From an archaeon (GTDB lineage Archaea > Undinarchaeota > Undinarchaeia > Undinarchaeales > JBDRKL01): DNA of 64,000 nucleotides. The position numbers and the translations under genes are program-made. The stretch spans positions 32,001-96,000 of the forward strand of contig JBDRKL010000007.1 of assembly GCA_043814055.1 (NCBI GenBank), in the 5' to 3' direction. Below, piece by piece: positions 18,676 through 28,184 of the stretch; positions within the stretch are counted from its first letter, which is position 1, and each line of letters begins with the position of its first letter. The notes under the pieces are model-generated. The model saw only the letters and a program-made list of their open reading frames with translations. It had not been told where the DNA came from and did not search any database.

Positions 18676-19062
18676 ATGACTGGAAATAAAGGGCAAGGAC
18701 TATCAATAAACATGCTGGTGGTCATAGCTCTCGCAGTTTTTGTTATTTTTCTCGTGTTCGGTTTCCTGACCGGAGGCTGGTCTTACTTTGCCGGCGCGTT
18801 CGGCGGGCTGACACAGCAGGGCGAGATGGACATTGCGAGGAGCAAGTGCCAAACCGACTGCACTCTATACATAACGCAGGGCAGGCCGCTTATTGACGAA
18901 AACGATGCGGACGACTACTGGAACAAGAAGCTTCTGCAAACAAGGAACGATGTTGACACGAACGGTGACGGCATAGTTGATCAATCTGACAAGAGTTACT
19001 CTTGCAGAACAGGTTTGAACCCAATGATGAGTGCAAGCGAGTGCGCTATCCGTACTAGTTAA
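18676..19062 (+). CDS. type IV pilin (candidate major pilin)
   Basis: MTGNKG/QGLSINMLVVIALAVFV; own TATA box (TTTAAATA near 18639) and GGTGA RBS; CxxxC, DTNGDG Ca-type loop. Confidence 0.8.
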   Translation: MTGNKGQGLSINMLVVIALAVFVIFLVFGFLTGGWSYFAGAFGGLTQQGEMDIARSKCQTDCTLYITQGRPLIDENDADDYWNKKLLQTRNDVDTNGDGIVDQSDKSYSCRTGLNPMMSASECAIRTS

Positions 19063-19068
19063 AGCAAG

Positions 19069-19287
19069 ATGAAACTTTTTGACAACAGAAAGGGCATATC
19101 TATTGGGATAAATATGATAGTAGTGTTAGCAGTCGCCCTTGTTGTCTTGATTGTCATTACTGGCTGGTTCCTTGGAGGATTCGGTGAAATAGGCGGTGCG
19201 ATACAGAACGTGTTCGGCGGAGCATCGGAACAGGCGAACGGCACTCACGTTGGCGAGCTTATTAACAATACAGGATGGGGTGGATAA
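19069..19287 (+). CDS. short type IV pilin
   Basis: MKLFDNRKG/ISIGINMIVVLAVALVVLIVITGWFLGG. Confidence 0.82.
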   Translation: MKLFDNRKGISIGINMIVVLAVALVVLIVITGWFLGGFGEIGGAIQNVFGGASEQANGTHVGELINNTGWGG

Positions 19288-19754
19288 TGAATAAGAAAGG
19301 AATGGAGCTTGGAATAAATTTGATTGTCATATTTGCAATATCGCTTGTAGTGCTGATAGTTATGATTGGCTGGTTCCTCGGAGGAGTTTCAGGAATTGGA
19401 GGCGCACTGAGGGGCGTTTCAGGAGACGCTGAGGATAAGGCAGATACCACTAATTTTAGCCAAGGGATAGAAGATGCAATTGGAGGGATTGGTGCGATTG
19501 GTGGGAGTGGAGGTTCAAGCGGGAGCGAGCAGGTTTATGTTTGCTGCAAGTATACAGTAGGTGGCGGATATGATGTATACAACGCCTGTGGAACAGGCTA
19601 CACGAGAGCCTCGTGGTCCACCAGCGTTGGAGGACACTGCTCATATCGCTGCTCAGATGCAACAGACAGCCAAGTATGCTGCCAGAACTATTGCAAAAGC
19701 ATGGGCGATGATTATGTAAGCTACAACTCGAATGAATGTACGTGCAGGAGTTAA
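19287..19754 (+). CDS. type IV pilin with C-terminal 10-Cys module
   Basis: MNKKG/MELGINLIVIFAISLVVLIVMIGWFLGG; Gly/Ser linker; CC..C..C..C..CC..C..CxC. Confidence 0.82.
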   Translation: MNKKGMELGINLIVIFAISLVVLIVMIGWFLGGVSGIGGALRGVSGDAEDKADTTNFSQGIEDAIGGIGAIGGSGGSSGSEQVYVCCKYTVGGGYDVYNACGTGYTRASWSTSVGGHCSYRCSDATDSQVCCQNYCKSMGDDYVSYNSNECTCRS

Positions 19755-19755
19755 C

Positions 19756-20214
19756 ATGAAAATGAAAATCAAAAATAAGCGCGGAGCAGAACTTGCGATT
19801 GGAACAATCGTTACAATAATAATAGTGCTCATAGTCCTCATAGTCATAGCGACCTGGTTCCTTGGCGGGTTTGACCAGATAGGGAGCAGCATATCCAACA
19901 TTGGGAACAGCACAGCCGGGGAGTCAACAGGGGTTATTGATGCTCTGAGGAGATCTACCAGCTCAGGGCAGGTCTACCTTTGCTGTAAGAAAGTAGTTGG
20001 CAATACCGCTTCATACACAACTAAAAAGAATGAGTGCCCACCTGATTTTCCAACTGTAGCGAACGACTTTTATATGTCGAGTGGTTACCTGACCTGTGGG
20101 TACTTATGCACCAACGCAAACGATGCCGAGAGCTGCTGCAGGGACTATTGCTCCACCCCCATCAAGGGTGGGTATGTAAGGGTAAGCGGCGGCAAGTGCT
20201 ACTGCAGGAGCTAA
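19756..20214 (+). CDS. type IV pilin with C-terminal 10-Cys module
   Basis: MKMKIKNKRG/AELAIGTIVTIIIVLIVLIVIATWFLGG; same Cys pattern as 19287. Confidence 0.82.
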   Translation: MKMKIKNKRGAELAIGTIVTIIIVLIVLIVIATWFLGGFDQIGSSISNIGNSTAGESTGVIDALRRSTSSGQVYLCCKKVVGNTASYTTKKNECPPDFPTVANDFYMSSGYLTCGYLCTNANDAESCCRDYCSTPIKGGYVRVSGGKCYCRS

Positions 20215-20215
20215 A

Positions 20216-20407
20216 ATGAAAATTAATAACACCCGTGGTGCGGAAATGGCATTCAGCACAATCATAGTAGTCATACTGCTCCTGATAGTTTTTACAGTGA
20301 TTGCGATGTTCTTCCTGGGGCAGACTGACCTGATATTTCCAGCGCTTGAAAACATCTCAGAGAGCGCGACCAATCAATTGCTGGCAGCTGTCACGCCTCC
20401 AGCATAA
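20216..20407 (+). CDS. short type IV pilin
   Basis: MKINNTRG/AEMAFSTIIVVILLLIVF. Confidence 0.8.
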   Translation: MKINNTRGAEMAFSTIIVVILLLIVFTVIAMFFLGQTDLIFPALENISESATNQLLAAVTPPA

Positions 20408-20440
20408 AGCTAATAAAGCGCGGTAGCTTTCTCCTATATT

Positions 20441-20875
20441 GTGAAAAGTGCAAGGTCGCGAAAGGGTGTAGGGATTACTATGGATTTCATAATCACGCTA
20501 GTCATAATCGTGGTTATGTTTTTTACCCTGCCTGAGGCCGCCGGGCAGTTAATGACTTCTTCTATTTTGGCCGAGTCTCACGCAAGAAACCTTGGGAATG
20601 CATTTGACGTAATAGCGCTGTCCCCTGGAAATGTTACAATAGAAAAATCCTGCCCGAAGGACGTGATTTTCGTTATAGATCATAACCAGATACTGGTACT
20701 GCTTGACGGAATGTCTGGCACGTATACTGCTGATTATTATTACATGATACCAACTGACGCGCGCTTCCCAACAGACCGAGTTGTCATAGACTGCAACATC
20801 AACACGATTGTTGAGCTTAGGAAATATGAGGAGGGGGGATACACGCAAATAGAGTATGAGGGGACGGACGGATGA
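20441..20875 (+). CDS. class III signal-peptide minor pilin
   Basis: GTG start; KSARSRKG/VGITMDFIITLVIIVV. Confidence 0.75.
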   Translation: MKSARSRKGVGITMDFIITLVIIVVMFFTLPEAAGQLMTSSILAESHARNLGNAFDVIALSPGNVTIEKSCPKDVIFVIDHNQILVLLDGMSGTYTADYYYMIPTDARFPTDRVVIDCNINTIVELRKYEEGGYTQIEYEGTDG

Positions 20876-21753
20876 AGGGAAAAGCACTCAGAAACCAGAA
20901 AGGAGACGTGGTTGCTTCAAAACCATTCAGCCTTATTTTGTTCGCAATACTGATTGTTTTTGTCGTGAGCACCCTGACGCTGATGCAGCTCACGGCCAAC
21001 AGCACTGCAACCTCAATCATGTTCCACGACGCGAATAGCTCGGTCAATATGATAACCGAAGCCCTCATAACTTACCCTGAATGCTTCGGCAGCGGGGAAA
21101 AAGGAATTCTGGACAAGAGCAAGGTGGAGGACATTGAGAACAGGAGAAATTGCGTGCACAAGGGGCCGTACACCTGGGAGATTGACATTTTTGCTGAGAA
21201 TGAATATGGAGGGGAAATAAACCAGCACGCGGACAGCGACTGCGGCATACTCAGTACTGCAACCCAACACGGGTCGTCAATAGATTATGATGTTAGTAAA
21301 TACGTGACTCCATACCTGGTGGAGCCGATTACGATAAGGGGCGAAGGCAGCGATTATGTTGGATGGATGTATTTTTACTTAGGAAGCATGGAATTTGCAA
21401 TGGTGCTGGACAAGAAAGATAGGGATAATTATGAGCTTACTGTTGTAAATGTTGGCAATTGCCACCAGCAAGATGTCACCTATGACGTGAGGATTAGCAT
21501 AGCGAACGTGAGCAATGGTGAGATACCAGTAGATTTCATTGACACCTATGGCATAGAATTTGAGGGTGACACCGACGGCGACCACATCGTGAAGCAGGTC
21601 TTTTCCCTTGGCATTGATGAAAACAAGAAAATGGCTCTGAAGATAAACAATCCTGATAACGTGAAATTGCCAAGCGATTACATGATACGCGTGGTTGGGC
21701 AGATAGACGGGCATCCTGCTTACTCAAAGACAATGTGGAGGCGGGTGACGTGA
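20872..21753 (+). CDS. class III signal-peptide minor pilin
   Basis: MKGKALRNQKG/DVVASKPFSLILFAILIVF; beta-rich body. Confidence 0.72.
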   Translation: MKGKALRNQKGDVVASKPFSLILFAILIVFVVSTLTLMQLTANSTATSIMFHDANSSVNMITEALITYPECFGSGEKGILDKSKVEDIENRRNCVHKGPYTWEIDIFAENEYGGEINQHADSDCGILSTATQHGSSIDYDVSKYVTPYLVEPITIRGEGSDYVGWMYFYLGSMEFAMVLDKKDRDNYELTVVNVGNCHQQDVTYDVRISIANVSNGEIPVDFIDTYGIEFEGDTDGDHIVKQVFSLGIDENKKMALKINNPDNVKLPSDYMIRVVGQIDGHPAYSKTMWRRVT

Positions 21754-22217
21754 GAATTTCAAAAAACCGCAGAGGCGTTAGCGAACTGCCATTCGCTGCT
21801 TTTGCCCTGATACTTGTAATCATGGGGCTTGGGTGCCTGATGTTCTTTTTCAGCATAGTGCTCCCACTGGTTGTCGGAGGCGGGGTTGAAAGTACGTACG
21901 TGGCGCAGGAAGACGCGGCAATCGCATCCCGGCAGGTGCTGAGCATTCTGAGAACGCAGGACTCAGACGGTGTGACCTATTCAAAAAGGATAGAGTCCGC
22001 AGTTGAGGGGGAGAATGTTGACGAGACCAAGGAACTAATACGGTCTTACTTGAGAACCAGTGGCACTTGCTACAACCGGTTTTACGCGCAGCACAATGGG
22101 GCAGACCATCTTCTCATAGAGAATAACCAAGTGACAGATTACATAATGAAATATGAACTGCCGGCAAAGGACGGGAACAAGATAACCGTTGTCCTGGAGG
22201 TGTGCGAATGGCGCTGA
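21750..22217 (+). CDS. class III signal-peptide minor pilin
   Basis: GTGA overlap start; RISKNRRG/VSELPFAAFALILVI. Confidence 0.75.
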   Translation: MRISKNRRGVSELPFAAFALILVIMGLGCLMFFFSIVLPLVVGGGVESTYVAQEDAAIASRQVLSILRTQDSDGVTYSKRIESAVEGENVDETKELIRSYLRTSGTCYNRFYAQHNGADHLLIENNQVTDYIMKYELPAKDGNKITVVLEVCEWR

Positions 22218-23485
22218 AAGGGAACAGAAAAGGACAGATGATTAAGATAGTCTTTGCAGGCGCAATTGTGTTCCTGCTCGGCGGGGCGATAGCGACTTAT
22301 GTAGTTGGAATGGGCGGAGCAGCAGCAGCCCGGACAGGGTACAGGCAAATTGTTTTTGATAATATTTATGAAATGGAAGGCATGACAATATTTTACGACG
22401 ATATGCTGGACCAGCAGGTGGAACTGGAGCTTGAGGGGCTTGGATACGACCTCACGAATTTCTGCCCCTACGACTTGTTTTCGTACAGCGACTCTGGGTG
22501 GGTGATAGATCCAGACGCGGAGAGCGCGCTGACAGGAATCACGTCACAATACCACAACTATGGCAGAAATGTGCTCCCTAATCCGAAGACTGTTGAAATA
22601 GAGTTTGAGGCAGAGCCAGAGAGCAGTCTGGCGCGTGAAGACTGGCAGCTTGACGGGCTTTACTCAACCTTGAAATTGGAAATAATTCCGGAAGAGCCGC
22701 TGAAGACAAATTCATCAGGCATCAAGATAGTTTCAACACACGGACCGTACAATACTGAGATAGTTCAAACCGCGCTGCCCCATCCAAATTTGGTTGTTGA
22801 GTCTTCTGATGCAACCGCGCCTGATGGATTTTATGCTGGGAAAAAAATAATAGTTAATGGTTTCGTGAACAACAACGGGTGCGCTGCGGCAAAATTCTGG
22901 ACAATATTCCAGGGGGACTTTGAGTTCTGCCCAATTGCCCTGCAACTGGTTGCCATAGACGACACAGGGGCTGAAACAATTGTTGACAGCATAAATGCCA
23001 ATGACTGGGGAAATCCAATTTCAGGCTCGCAGCATTGTATGATAATACATCCAAAGGAACAAGTTGGCTTTTCAATGGAATGGACCCCTGCGAATGCCGG
23101 TACATACACGCTCAGGGTTGATGTTGACCCAATCACCCCCCACAACATAATTTATGAGGCAGATCTCACTGATAACCAGATGGAGCTTGACCCTGTAACC
23201 ATAATGGACACTACAAATATTGAGGAGTATAAGTGCGGATATTATCACGTGAGTGATACAGTAGTTGAAACAACTGCGCGCTGCTCGGTTTCAACAGATG
23301 GGAACAAGGGCTGGGGCTGGATAAAACTACCCCGCATTTATGCTGACCCGTGGAACGATTGCCTGGGCGCTGAACTAGACAGTGATGTTCTTTGCCTAAG
23401 TGGAATTTGGATCTGCGGCTCAACGCAGATAACGACTTGTAACGAGACCGCAACGGTAACAGAGTGCAGTTGTGACAATACTTAA
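22208..23485 (+). CDS. class III signal-peptide adhesin with CARDB-like Ig domain and Cys-rich tail
   Basis: MALKGNRKG/QMIKIVFAGAIVF; HPNLVV...VNNNG...WTPANAGTYTLRVDVDP..NIIYEADLTDN is CARDB-like. Confidence 0.78.
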   Translation: MALKGNRKGQMIKIVFAGAIVFLLGGAIATYVVGMGGAAAARTGYRQIVFDNIYEMEGMTIFYDDMLDQQVELELEGLGYDLTNFCPYDLFSYSDSGWVIDPDAESALTGITSQYHNYGRNVLPNPKTVEIEFEAEPESSLAREDWQLDGLYSTLKLEIIPEEPLKTNSSGIKIVSTHGPYNTEIVQTALPHPNLVVESSDATAPDGFYAGKKIIVNGFVNNNGCAAAKFWTIFQGDFEFCPIALQLVAIDDTGAETIVDSINANDWGNPISGSQHCMIIHPKEQVGFSMEWTPANAGTYTLRVDVDPITPHNIIYEADLTDNQMELDPVTIMDTTNIEEYKCGYYHVSDTVVETTARCSVSTDGNKGWGWIKLPRIYADPWNDCLGAELDSDVLCLSGIWICGSTQITTCNETATVTECSCDNT

Positions 23486-23525
23486 CGCAAACTATTTAAG
23501 ATTGGCATAATTAGCAGACTGTGAG

Positions 23526-23816
23526 GTGGCAACAATGACTAATACAGATTCAGAGAATACAGTGTTTGTCGGCAGCAAGCCAGTGATGAATTATGTGCTT
23601 GCGGTTGTAACGCAGTTCAACAAAGGCCAGCCCAACGTTAACGTTGAAGCCAGGGGAAAGGCCATAAGCAGGGCGGTTGACGTGGCGGAGATTGTAAGGA
23701 ATCGATTTTTGTCCGAGCTGAAGATAGGGGGGATAGGCATAGGAACTGAGGAACTTACGAGCAAGGAAAATGAGCAGGTCAACGTGTCCACGATAAAGAT
23801 AACCCTTGAGAAGTAG
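23526..23816 (+). CDS. albA: chromatin protein Alba (start may be ATG 23535)
   Basis: [15 protein letters not shown]...[20 protein letters not shown]...NVSTIKITL. Confidence 0.96.
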   Translation: MATMTNTDSENTVFVGSKPVMNYVLAVVTQFNKGQPNVNVEARGKAISRAVDVAEIVRNRFLSELKIGGIGIGTEELTSKENEQVNVSTIKITLEK

Positions 23817-23860
23817 ACAGCGGCATTAAGGTTATAAGTGAGCTTATTCTAATCCTAATT

Positions 23861-24379
23861 ATGATTCTGTCCAACGAGGACATCAAAAAGCACCTGGCCA
23901 AGGGCACGATAAAGATAGACCCGGCGCCATCGGATGACCAGATTGGCTCGGCTTCTGTTGATTTCACGCTGAGCAACGAGTTCTACAAGGTCAGAAAAGA
24001 GTATATTGGCAAAAAAGTTGAGATGGGCAAACTAAGCTATGAGGATGTTACTGAGAAAGTTATCGCTGACGAGATAACCATAAAGCACCACGACCTGATT
24101 CTAGGAAAAACTGTTGAAAAAATTACATTGCCAGCTGACATTGCTGGAAGGATTGAGGGGCGGAGCAGCGTGGCGCGGCTCGGGATTGCCATACACGTGG
24201 CATCAGGCTTCATACAGCCTGGCTCTGACAATCATCAAGTGCTAGAAATTGTTAACTTGTCACCGTATGCGGTCAAGATAAAGGCAGGGACAAAGATTTG
24301 CCAGATAATATTTGAAACGCTCAAGAGCAAGAGCAGCAAGCCATACGCGAAATTCGGCAGGGTGGCGGTGAATCAATGA
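23861..24379 (+). CDS. dcd: dCTP deaminase
   Basis: MILSNEDI, ASVDFTL, EGRSSVARLG, GFIQPG, LEIVN, ICQIIF. Confidence 0.9.
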   Translation: MILSNEDIKKHLAKGTIKIDPAPSDDQIGSASVDFTLSNEFYKVRKEYIGKKVEMGKLSYEDVTEKVIADEITIKHHDLILGKTVEKITLPADIAGRIEGRSSVARLGIAIHVASGFIQPGSDNHQVLEIVNLSPYAVKIKAGTKICQIIFETLKSKSSKPYAKFGRVAVNQ

Positions 24380-24570
24380 AATGTGAATCAACGCTATGCA
24401 CAGATTTTAGAAAGCCATTCACTCTAGATGGCGATGATTTACATACAGAGGTTCTGACCCGAAACAACCGCTTAAAAGCGGCGGAATCTCTGGGATTTGA
24501 AAGTTTAGCAAAAAGAACCAGCTTTCAAATGTATTTGTTTGCTGACGGAGAGGGAGAAGCAAATAAATGA
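24376..24570 (+). other. four-hairpin junction cassette that is also a 64-codon ORF coupled to both neighbours
   Basis: ATGA overlap at both ends; stems 24381/24444, 24446/24492, 24495/24530 and 24532/24565; aatgaaa at both ends. Confidence 0.65.
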
Positions 24571-26072
24571 AAAAGCTGAAGACAAAACTTCTTGACATAG
24601 AGGCAGGAAAGCCCATAGTACTTTTAAACCGAGAGGATGCGACTGATATGTCCCTGCACATTGCTGACCGCGTCAGGGTTGGCGTGAGAGGGAAAACGCA
24701 GACAGCGATTGTTGACATTTCTGACAAATTTATCAAGCCAGGAGAAGTTGGAATATTTGATGAGATAGAAAAAAGGCTTGGCCTGAAGAGAGGCAACATA
24801 GTAGAGGTCAGGGTGGCGGATAGACCTGAATCTATTGATTATATTCGGAAGAAGATGGATGGAATGAAACTCACAGAGCTGGAATTGCTCTCAATAATAC
24901 AGGACATTGTTGATGACAACCTGAGCAGCGTTGAGATAAGCGCGTTCGTCGCGGCGTCATACATAAGGGGCTATGACATGGACGAGACCGCCGCAATGAC
25001 AAGAGCAATGGTTGCGACAGGAAAGCAGATAGACTTTGGAGATCATGTTGTTGACAAGCACTGCATCGGAGGCGTTGCTGGGAACAGGACCACAATGCTC
25101 GTGGTTCCAATCGTGGCTGCGGCTGGGCTTACCATACCCAAAACGAGCTCAAGAGCCATAACAAGCGCGGCAGGAACTGCTGACACTATGGAAGTCCTGG
25201 CAAATGTTGAATTCAAGGTTAACAAGATACGCGAGATTGTGAAGAAAACCGGCGGATGCATCGTATGGAGCGGTGCAGTTAATCTAGCGCCAGCGGATGA
25301 CAAAATAATAAGAGTCAGGTATCCGATGCTGCTTGACCCTGAAGGCCAGCTGCTCGCGAGCATAATGGCGAAGAAGAAGTCCATTGGGTCTGATTATGTT
25401 GTAATAGATATTCCAGTGGGTAAGGGCGCGAAAATATCAAACAAGAAAGATGGGAATGCTCTTGCAAAGAAGTTCATAGATTTGGGCAAACGTATTGGAA
25501 TAAAAGTTGAATGCCTTGTCACGGATGGGAGCGAGCCAATAGGGCGCGGCATAGGCCCGGGGCTTGAGGCGCGGGATGTCTTGCTTTGCCTGAACAATGA
25601 AGGGCCCCAGGATCTTTCTGAAAAAGCGTGCGAACTTGCTGGTGTGCTATTTGAGCTTTCAGGGAAGAGCAAGAGAGGACAGGGCAAGAAACGCGCACAG
25701 CGCCTTTTGGAGTCTGGCAAAGCCAAGAAAAAGATGATGGAAATCATAAAGGCACAGGGAGGAAACCCAAAAGTAACGCCTGAAGATATTAAAATTGGCA
25801 AATACACTCAAGTAGTTATTGCAGCACAGAATGGAAATGTGCACCACATAGATAATAAATTGCTTTCAAAGGTGGCAAGGGCTGCTGGAGCTCCTAAGGA
25901 CCATCAGGCTGGGATATATCTTCACACATCGCTGGGAAAAACGATTGAAGCGGGAATGCCGTTGTTCACGATATATGCCAGGGACAAGGAGAAACTTAAG
26001 GATGCTGTTGAACTAACAAAAAGGTATAATCCCGTGCAGGTAGGCGGGTTGACGCTAGAGGCGCTGGAATGA
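24567..26072 (+). CDS. AMP phosphorylase (archaeal thymidine-phosphorylase family)
   Basis: 501 aa; N-terminal extension, DKHCIGGVAGN, PKTSSRAITSAAGTAD, SIMAKK, ARAAGAPKD. Confidence 0.95.
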   Translation: MKKLKTKLLDIEAGKPIVLLNREDATDMSLHIADRVRVGVRGKTQTAIVDISDKFIKPGEVGIFDEIEKRLGLKRGNIVEVRVADRPESIDYIRKKMDGMKLTELELLSIIQDIVDDNLSSVEISAFVAASYIRGYDMDETAAMTRAMVATGKQIDFGDHVVDKHCIGGVAGNRTTMLVVPIVAAAGLTIPKTSSRAITSAAGTADTMEVLANVEFKVNKIREIVKKTGGCIVWSGAVNLAPADDKIIRVRYPMLLDPEGQLLASIMAKKKSIGSDYVVIDIPVGKGAKISNKKDGNALAKKFIDLGKRIGIKVECLVTDGSEPIGRGIGPGLEARDVLLCLNNEGPQDLSEKACELAGVLFELSGKSKRGQGKKRAQRLLESGKAKKKMMEIIKAQGGNPKVTPEDIKIGKYTQVVIAAQNGNVHHIDNKLLSKVARAAGAPKDHQAGIYLHTSLGKTIEAGMPLFTIYARDKEKLKDAVELTKRYNPVQVGGLTLEALE

Positions 26073-27748
26073 AAATGAAAAACAGAAAAGGGCAGGAAGG
26101 TGGCGGGCTTGGTACAATGATATGGTTCATAATAGCCTTCTTCATATTTTTCCTGCTCCTCCCCATAATAACAAGCGTGGGGGGAAGCGTTCTTGACAGC
26201 CTCAACCTTATGGTATACGAACCAGGGTTTGACCCTGCATTTTCGTGGCAGGAACAGGAGAGCAGGCCGATGTACCCAGAATCACTGCAGGTTGATAGGG
26301 AAGGCAGAATATACTTTTTTATCAAGGAATCCGATTATGAGATTACGCTGATACAGGTTGACGCGGGTGGCTCTTATTATGATGAACTGCAAACATTTCC
26401 AAGCACGGAATCGCAACAGATTTTTCCGAGCTCATTGCGGGTTAGTGAAGATGGCAAGGAGTTTTATTTTGCGGGCTTGTATGCTGTTAGAGATGATGAT
26501 TATTTTAGGATAAGAAAATACCTCAGGGGCGAGACAAGTTTGGGGGATGACCAATATGAGTTACTCAATAAAGACAGCAGCAAAATTTACCCCGAGACAT
26601 TGATGCTGAGCGAATGGAACGACGTGTATTTCGGGAAGAGGTATGACAGCAAACAGGTTGACATTTACAAGGTGGGAACTGGAAACACCGAGGTGCTCAC
26701 GTATTCCTATGACTGGGACTCAAGCAACAACAAGGAGAATAAAATGGACACGTGGTCGCTCTCTGTTGACAAGTACGGCGACTTCACTTTCATAACCGAG
26801 GATAACTGGGGGAATTCTCCCGACAACGCATACATAAAAAGATATGATTATTCGGAAAACGCGCTGAATACCATTTACGAGTGGAATGACCAGGGAGAGG
26901 ACGAGCACGACATATTCACGGATTCTGTAACAACCGCAAATAATGGGAAAACTTATTTCTTTGTTCGAGCCGAGGACAAAGACAAGGTAAGCTTTAGGCG
27001 GGTTGGGGCAATTGACAGTTTTGCCCCGCTTGCAAAATGGGACTTCCACGAAACAAAGCCGATTCAGACAAACTCTGTAACGATTGGCTGGGATGAAAAT
27101 GCTTATTTCGTGTACAAGGATGATGACTCTAGGTACAACATAGGGAAGGTTGACTTGCCGGCTGACGCGCATGAGGTTGACTCGGATGGCGATGGCCTTA
27201 CAGACAAGGAGGAGGCTGCTAGCGGGACTGATCCAATGAAAGCAGACACTGATGGGGATATGTATACTGACTTCTTTGAGATACGCTCAGGGTCAGACCC
27301 GACGAATTCCAGTGTCATAGCGATGGAGAAGGCAACATACGCTGACAGCATTGACAGCTGTGTTGAAGATGAAGACCACGAGGGATATTGCAACCGCACA
27401 CAGATTCTTGTCTTTGACGAGGACTTAGAAAACATTATAAACATAAAGGCGTGCGGTGTGAGAGGCGGTGGCGATGGCTGCCTTGCTGAAGCAAACATAC
27501 AATTTTGGTATAATAGCAGCGCCACAGGAAACTATGTGGACATTGGCATTAGCGGGTACGCAGCATCCGGCTTGCCGAACTGGAACTGCTTGGAAAAGGC
27601 ATTCGCTCCCAGCAGTTCAGTGAATAGCAATGCTTTAAAGGGCAGAATAAAAGAGGAACAAGGGAGTTGGGCTGCCTCGTGCAAATATCTGGACGCCCTG
27701 AGCGTGACCATTACGTATATGACGCCTGCAGAGCAGGACGTGGTGTGA
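26069..27748 (+). CDS. class III signal-peptide adhesin: propeller-like repeats, Ca-binding TSP3-like repeats, Cys-containing C-terminal domain
   Basis: MKMKNRKG/QEGGGLGTMIWF; repeated (YP)ESL-x-V...G-x-x-YF units; DSDGDGLTDKEE..GTDP..ADTDGD. Confidence 0.8.
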   Translation: MKMKNRKGQEGGGLGTMIWFIIAFFIFFLLLPIITSVGGSVLDSLNLMVYEPGFDPAFSWQEQESRPMYPESLQVDREGRIYFFIKESDYEITLIQVDAGGSYYDELQTFPSTESQQIFPSSLRVSEDGKEFYFAGLYAVRDDDYFRIRKYLRGETSLGDDQYELLNKDSSKIYPETLMLSEWNDVYFGKRYDSKQVDIYKVGTGNTEVLTYSYDWDSSNNKENKMDTWSLSVDKYGDFTFITEDNWGNSPDNAYIKRYDYSENALNTIYEWNDQGEDEHDIFTDSVTTANNGKTYFFVRAEDKDKVSFRRVGAIDSFAPLAKWDFHETKPIQTNSVTIGWDENAYFVYKDDDSRYNIGKVDLPADAHEVDSDGDGLTDKEEAASGTDPMKADTDGDMYTDFFEIRSGSDPTNSSVIAMEKATYADSIDSCVEDEDHEGYCNRTQILVFDEDLENIINIKACGVRGGGDGCLAEANIQFWYNSSATGNYVDIGISGYAASGLPNWNCLEKAFAPSSSVNSNALKGRIKEEQGSWAASCKYLDALSVTITYMTPAEQDVV

Positions 27749-27776
27749 GGAAAACAATATAAATAAGAGAGGATTA

Positions 27777-28136
27777 ATGCGAAAGATGGGCAAAAACTAC
27801 ATATTTAAAATCGGCGGCGGGCTTTTCGTGGCCTCGGGTGCCTTGGGCTTGTTCTTTTGGATACTGTCAATTCTTGGGCAGTTTGAGTCAGTAATACCAG
27901 CGGCAAAAGCGCTGTCCGGTCTTGGCGGGCTTGAGATGCTCAAATCCATAATCATACTTGTTGGCAGCATTTTAGTTTCTGTTGGGTTCGTGCTTGCCGG
28001 CCTTGTTTTCATAAAGATACCGAGCGCGATAAGCGGCGGTGACTTTAACGAGGTCAACGAGAAAGTGAACCGCCTGCAGACCGTGGTCTGGAAGCTCCTG
28101 CAGAAAGTCAAGCAGGAAAAAAGCGTGGAAGGCTAA
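27777..28136 (+). CDS. 2-TM hypothetical protein (start may be ATG 27786)
   Basis: Two hydrophobic helices plus a short coiled coil; TATAAATA about 28 nt before 27786. Confidence 0.7.
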   Translation: MRKMGKNYIFKIGGGLFVASGALGLFFWILSILGQFESVIPAAKALSGLGGLEMLKSIIILVGSILVSVGFVLAGLVFIKIPSAISGGDFNEVNEKVNRLQTVVWKLLQKVKQEKSVEG

Positions 28137-28184
28137 TACACAAAGTTTAAATTAGGGCCTGCGGCTATATTTTAAAGGGGAGAA

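Noticed and set aside
15297-20214. Diversity-generating retroelement acting on pilin tips
   Set aside because: No reverse transcriptase and no near-identical template/variable repeat pair differing at adenines; paralogues are anciently diverged
10118-23485. Archaellum operon
   Set aside because: No ArlH-like ATPase, ArlF/G or archaellin N-terminal consensus recognised; organisation fits a type IV pilus
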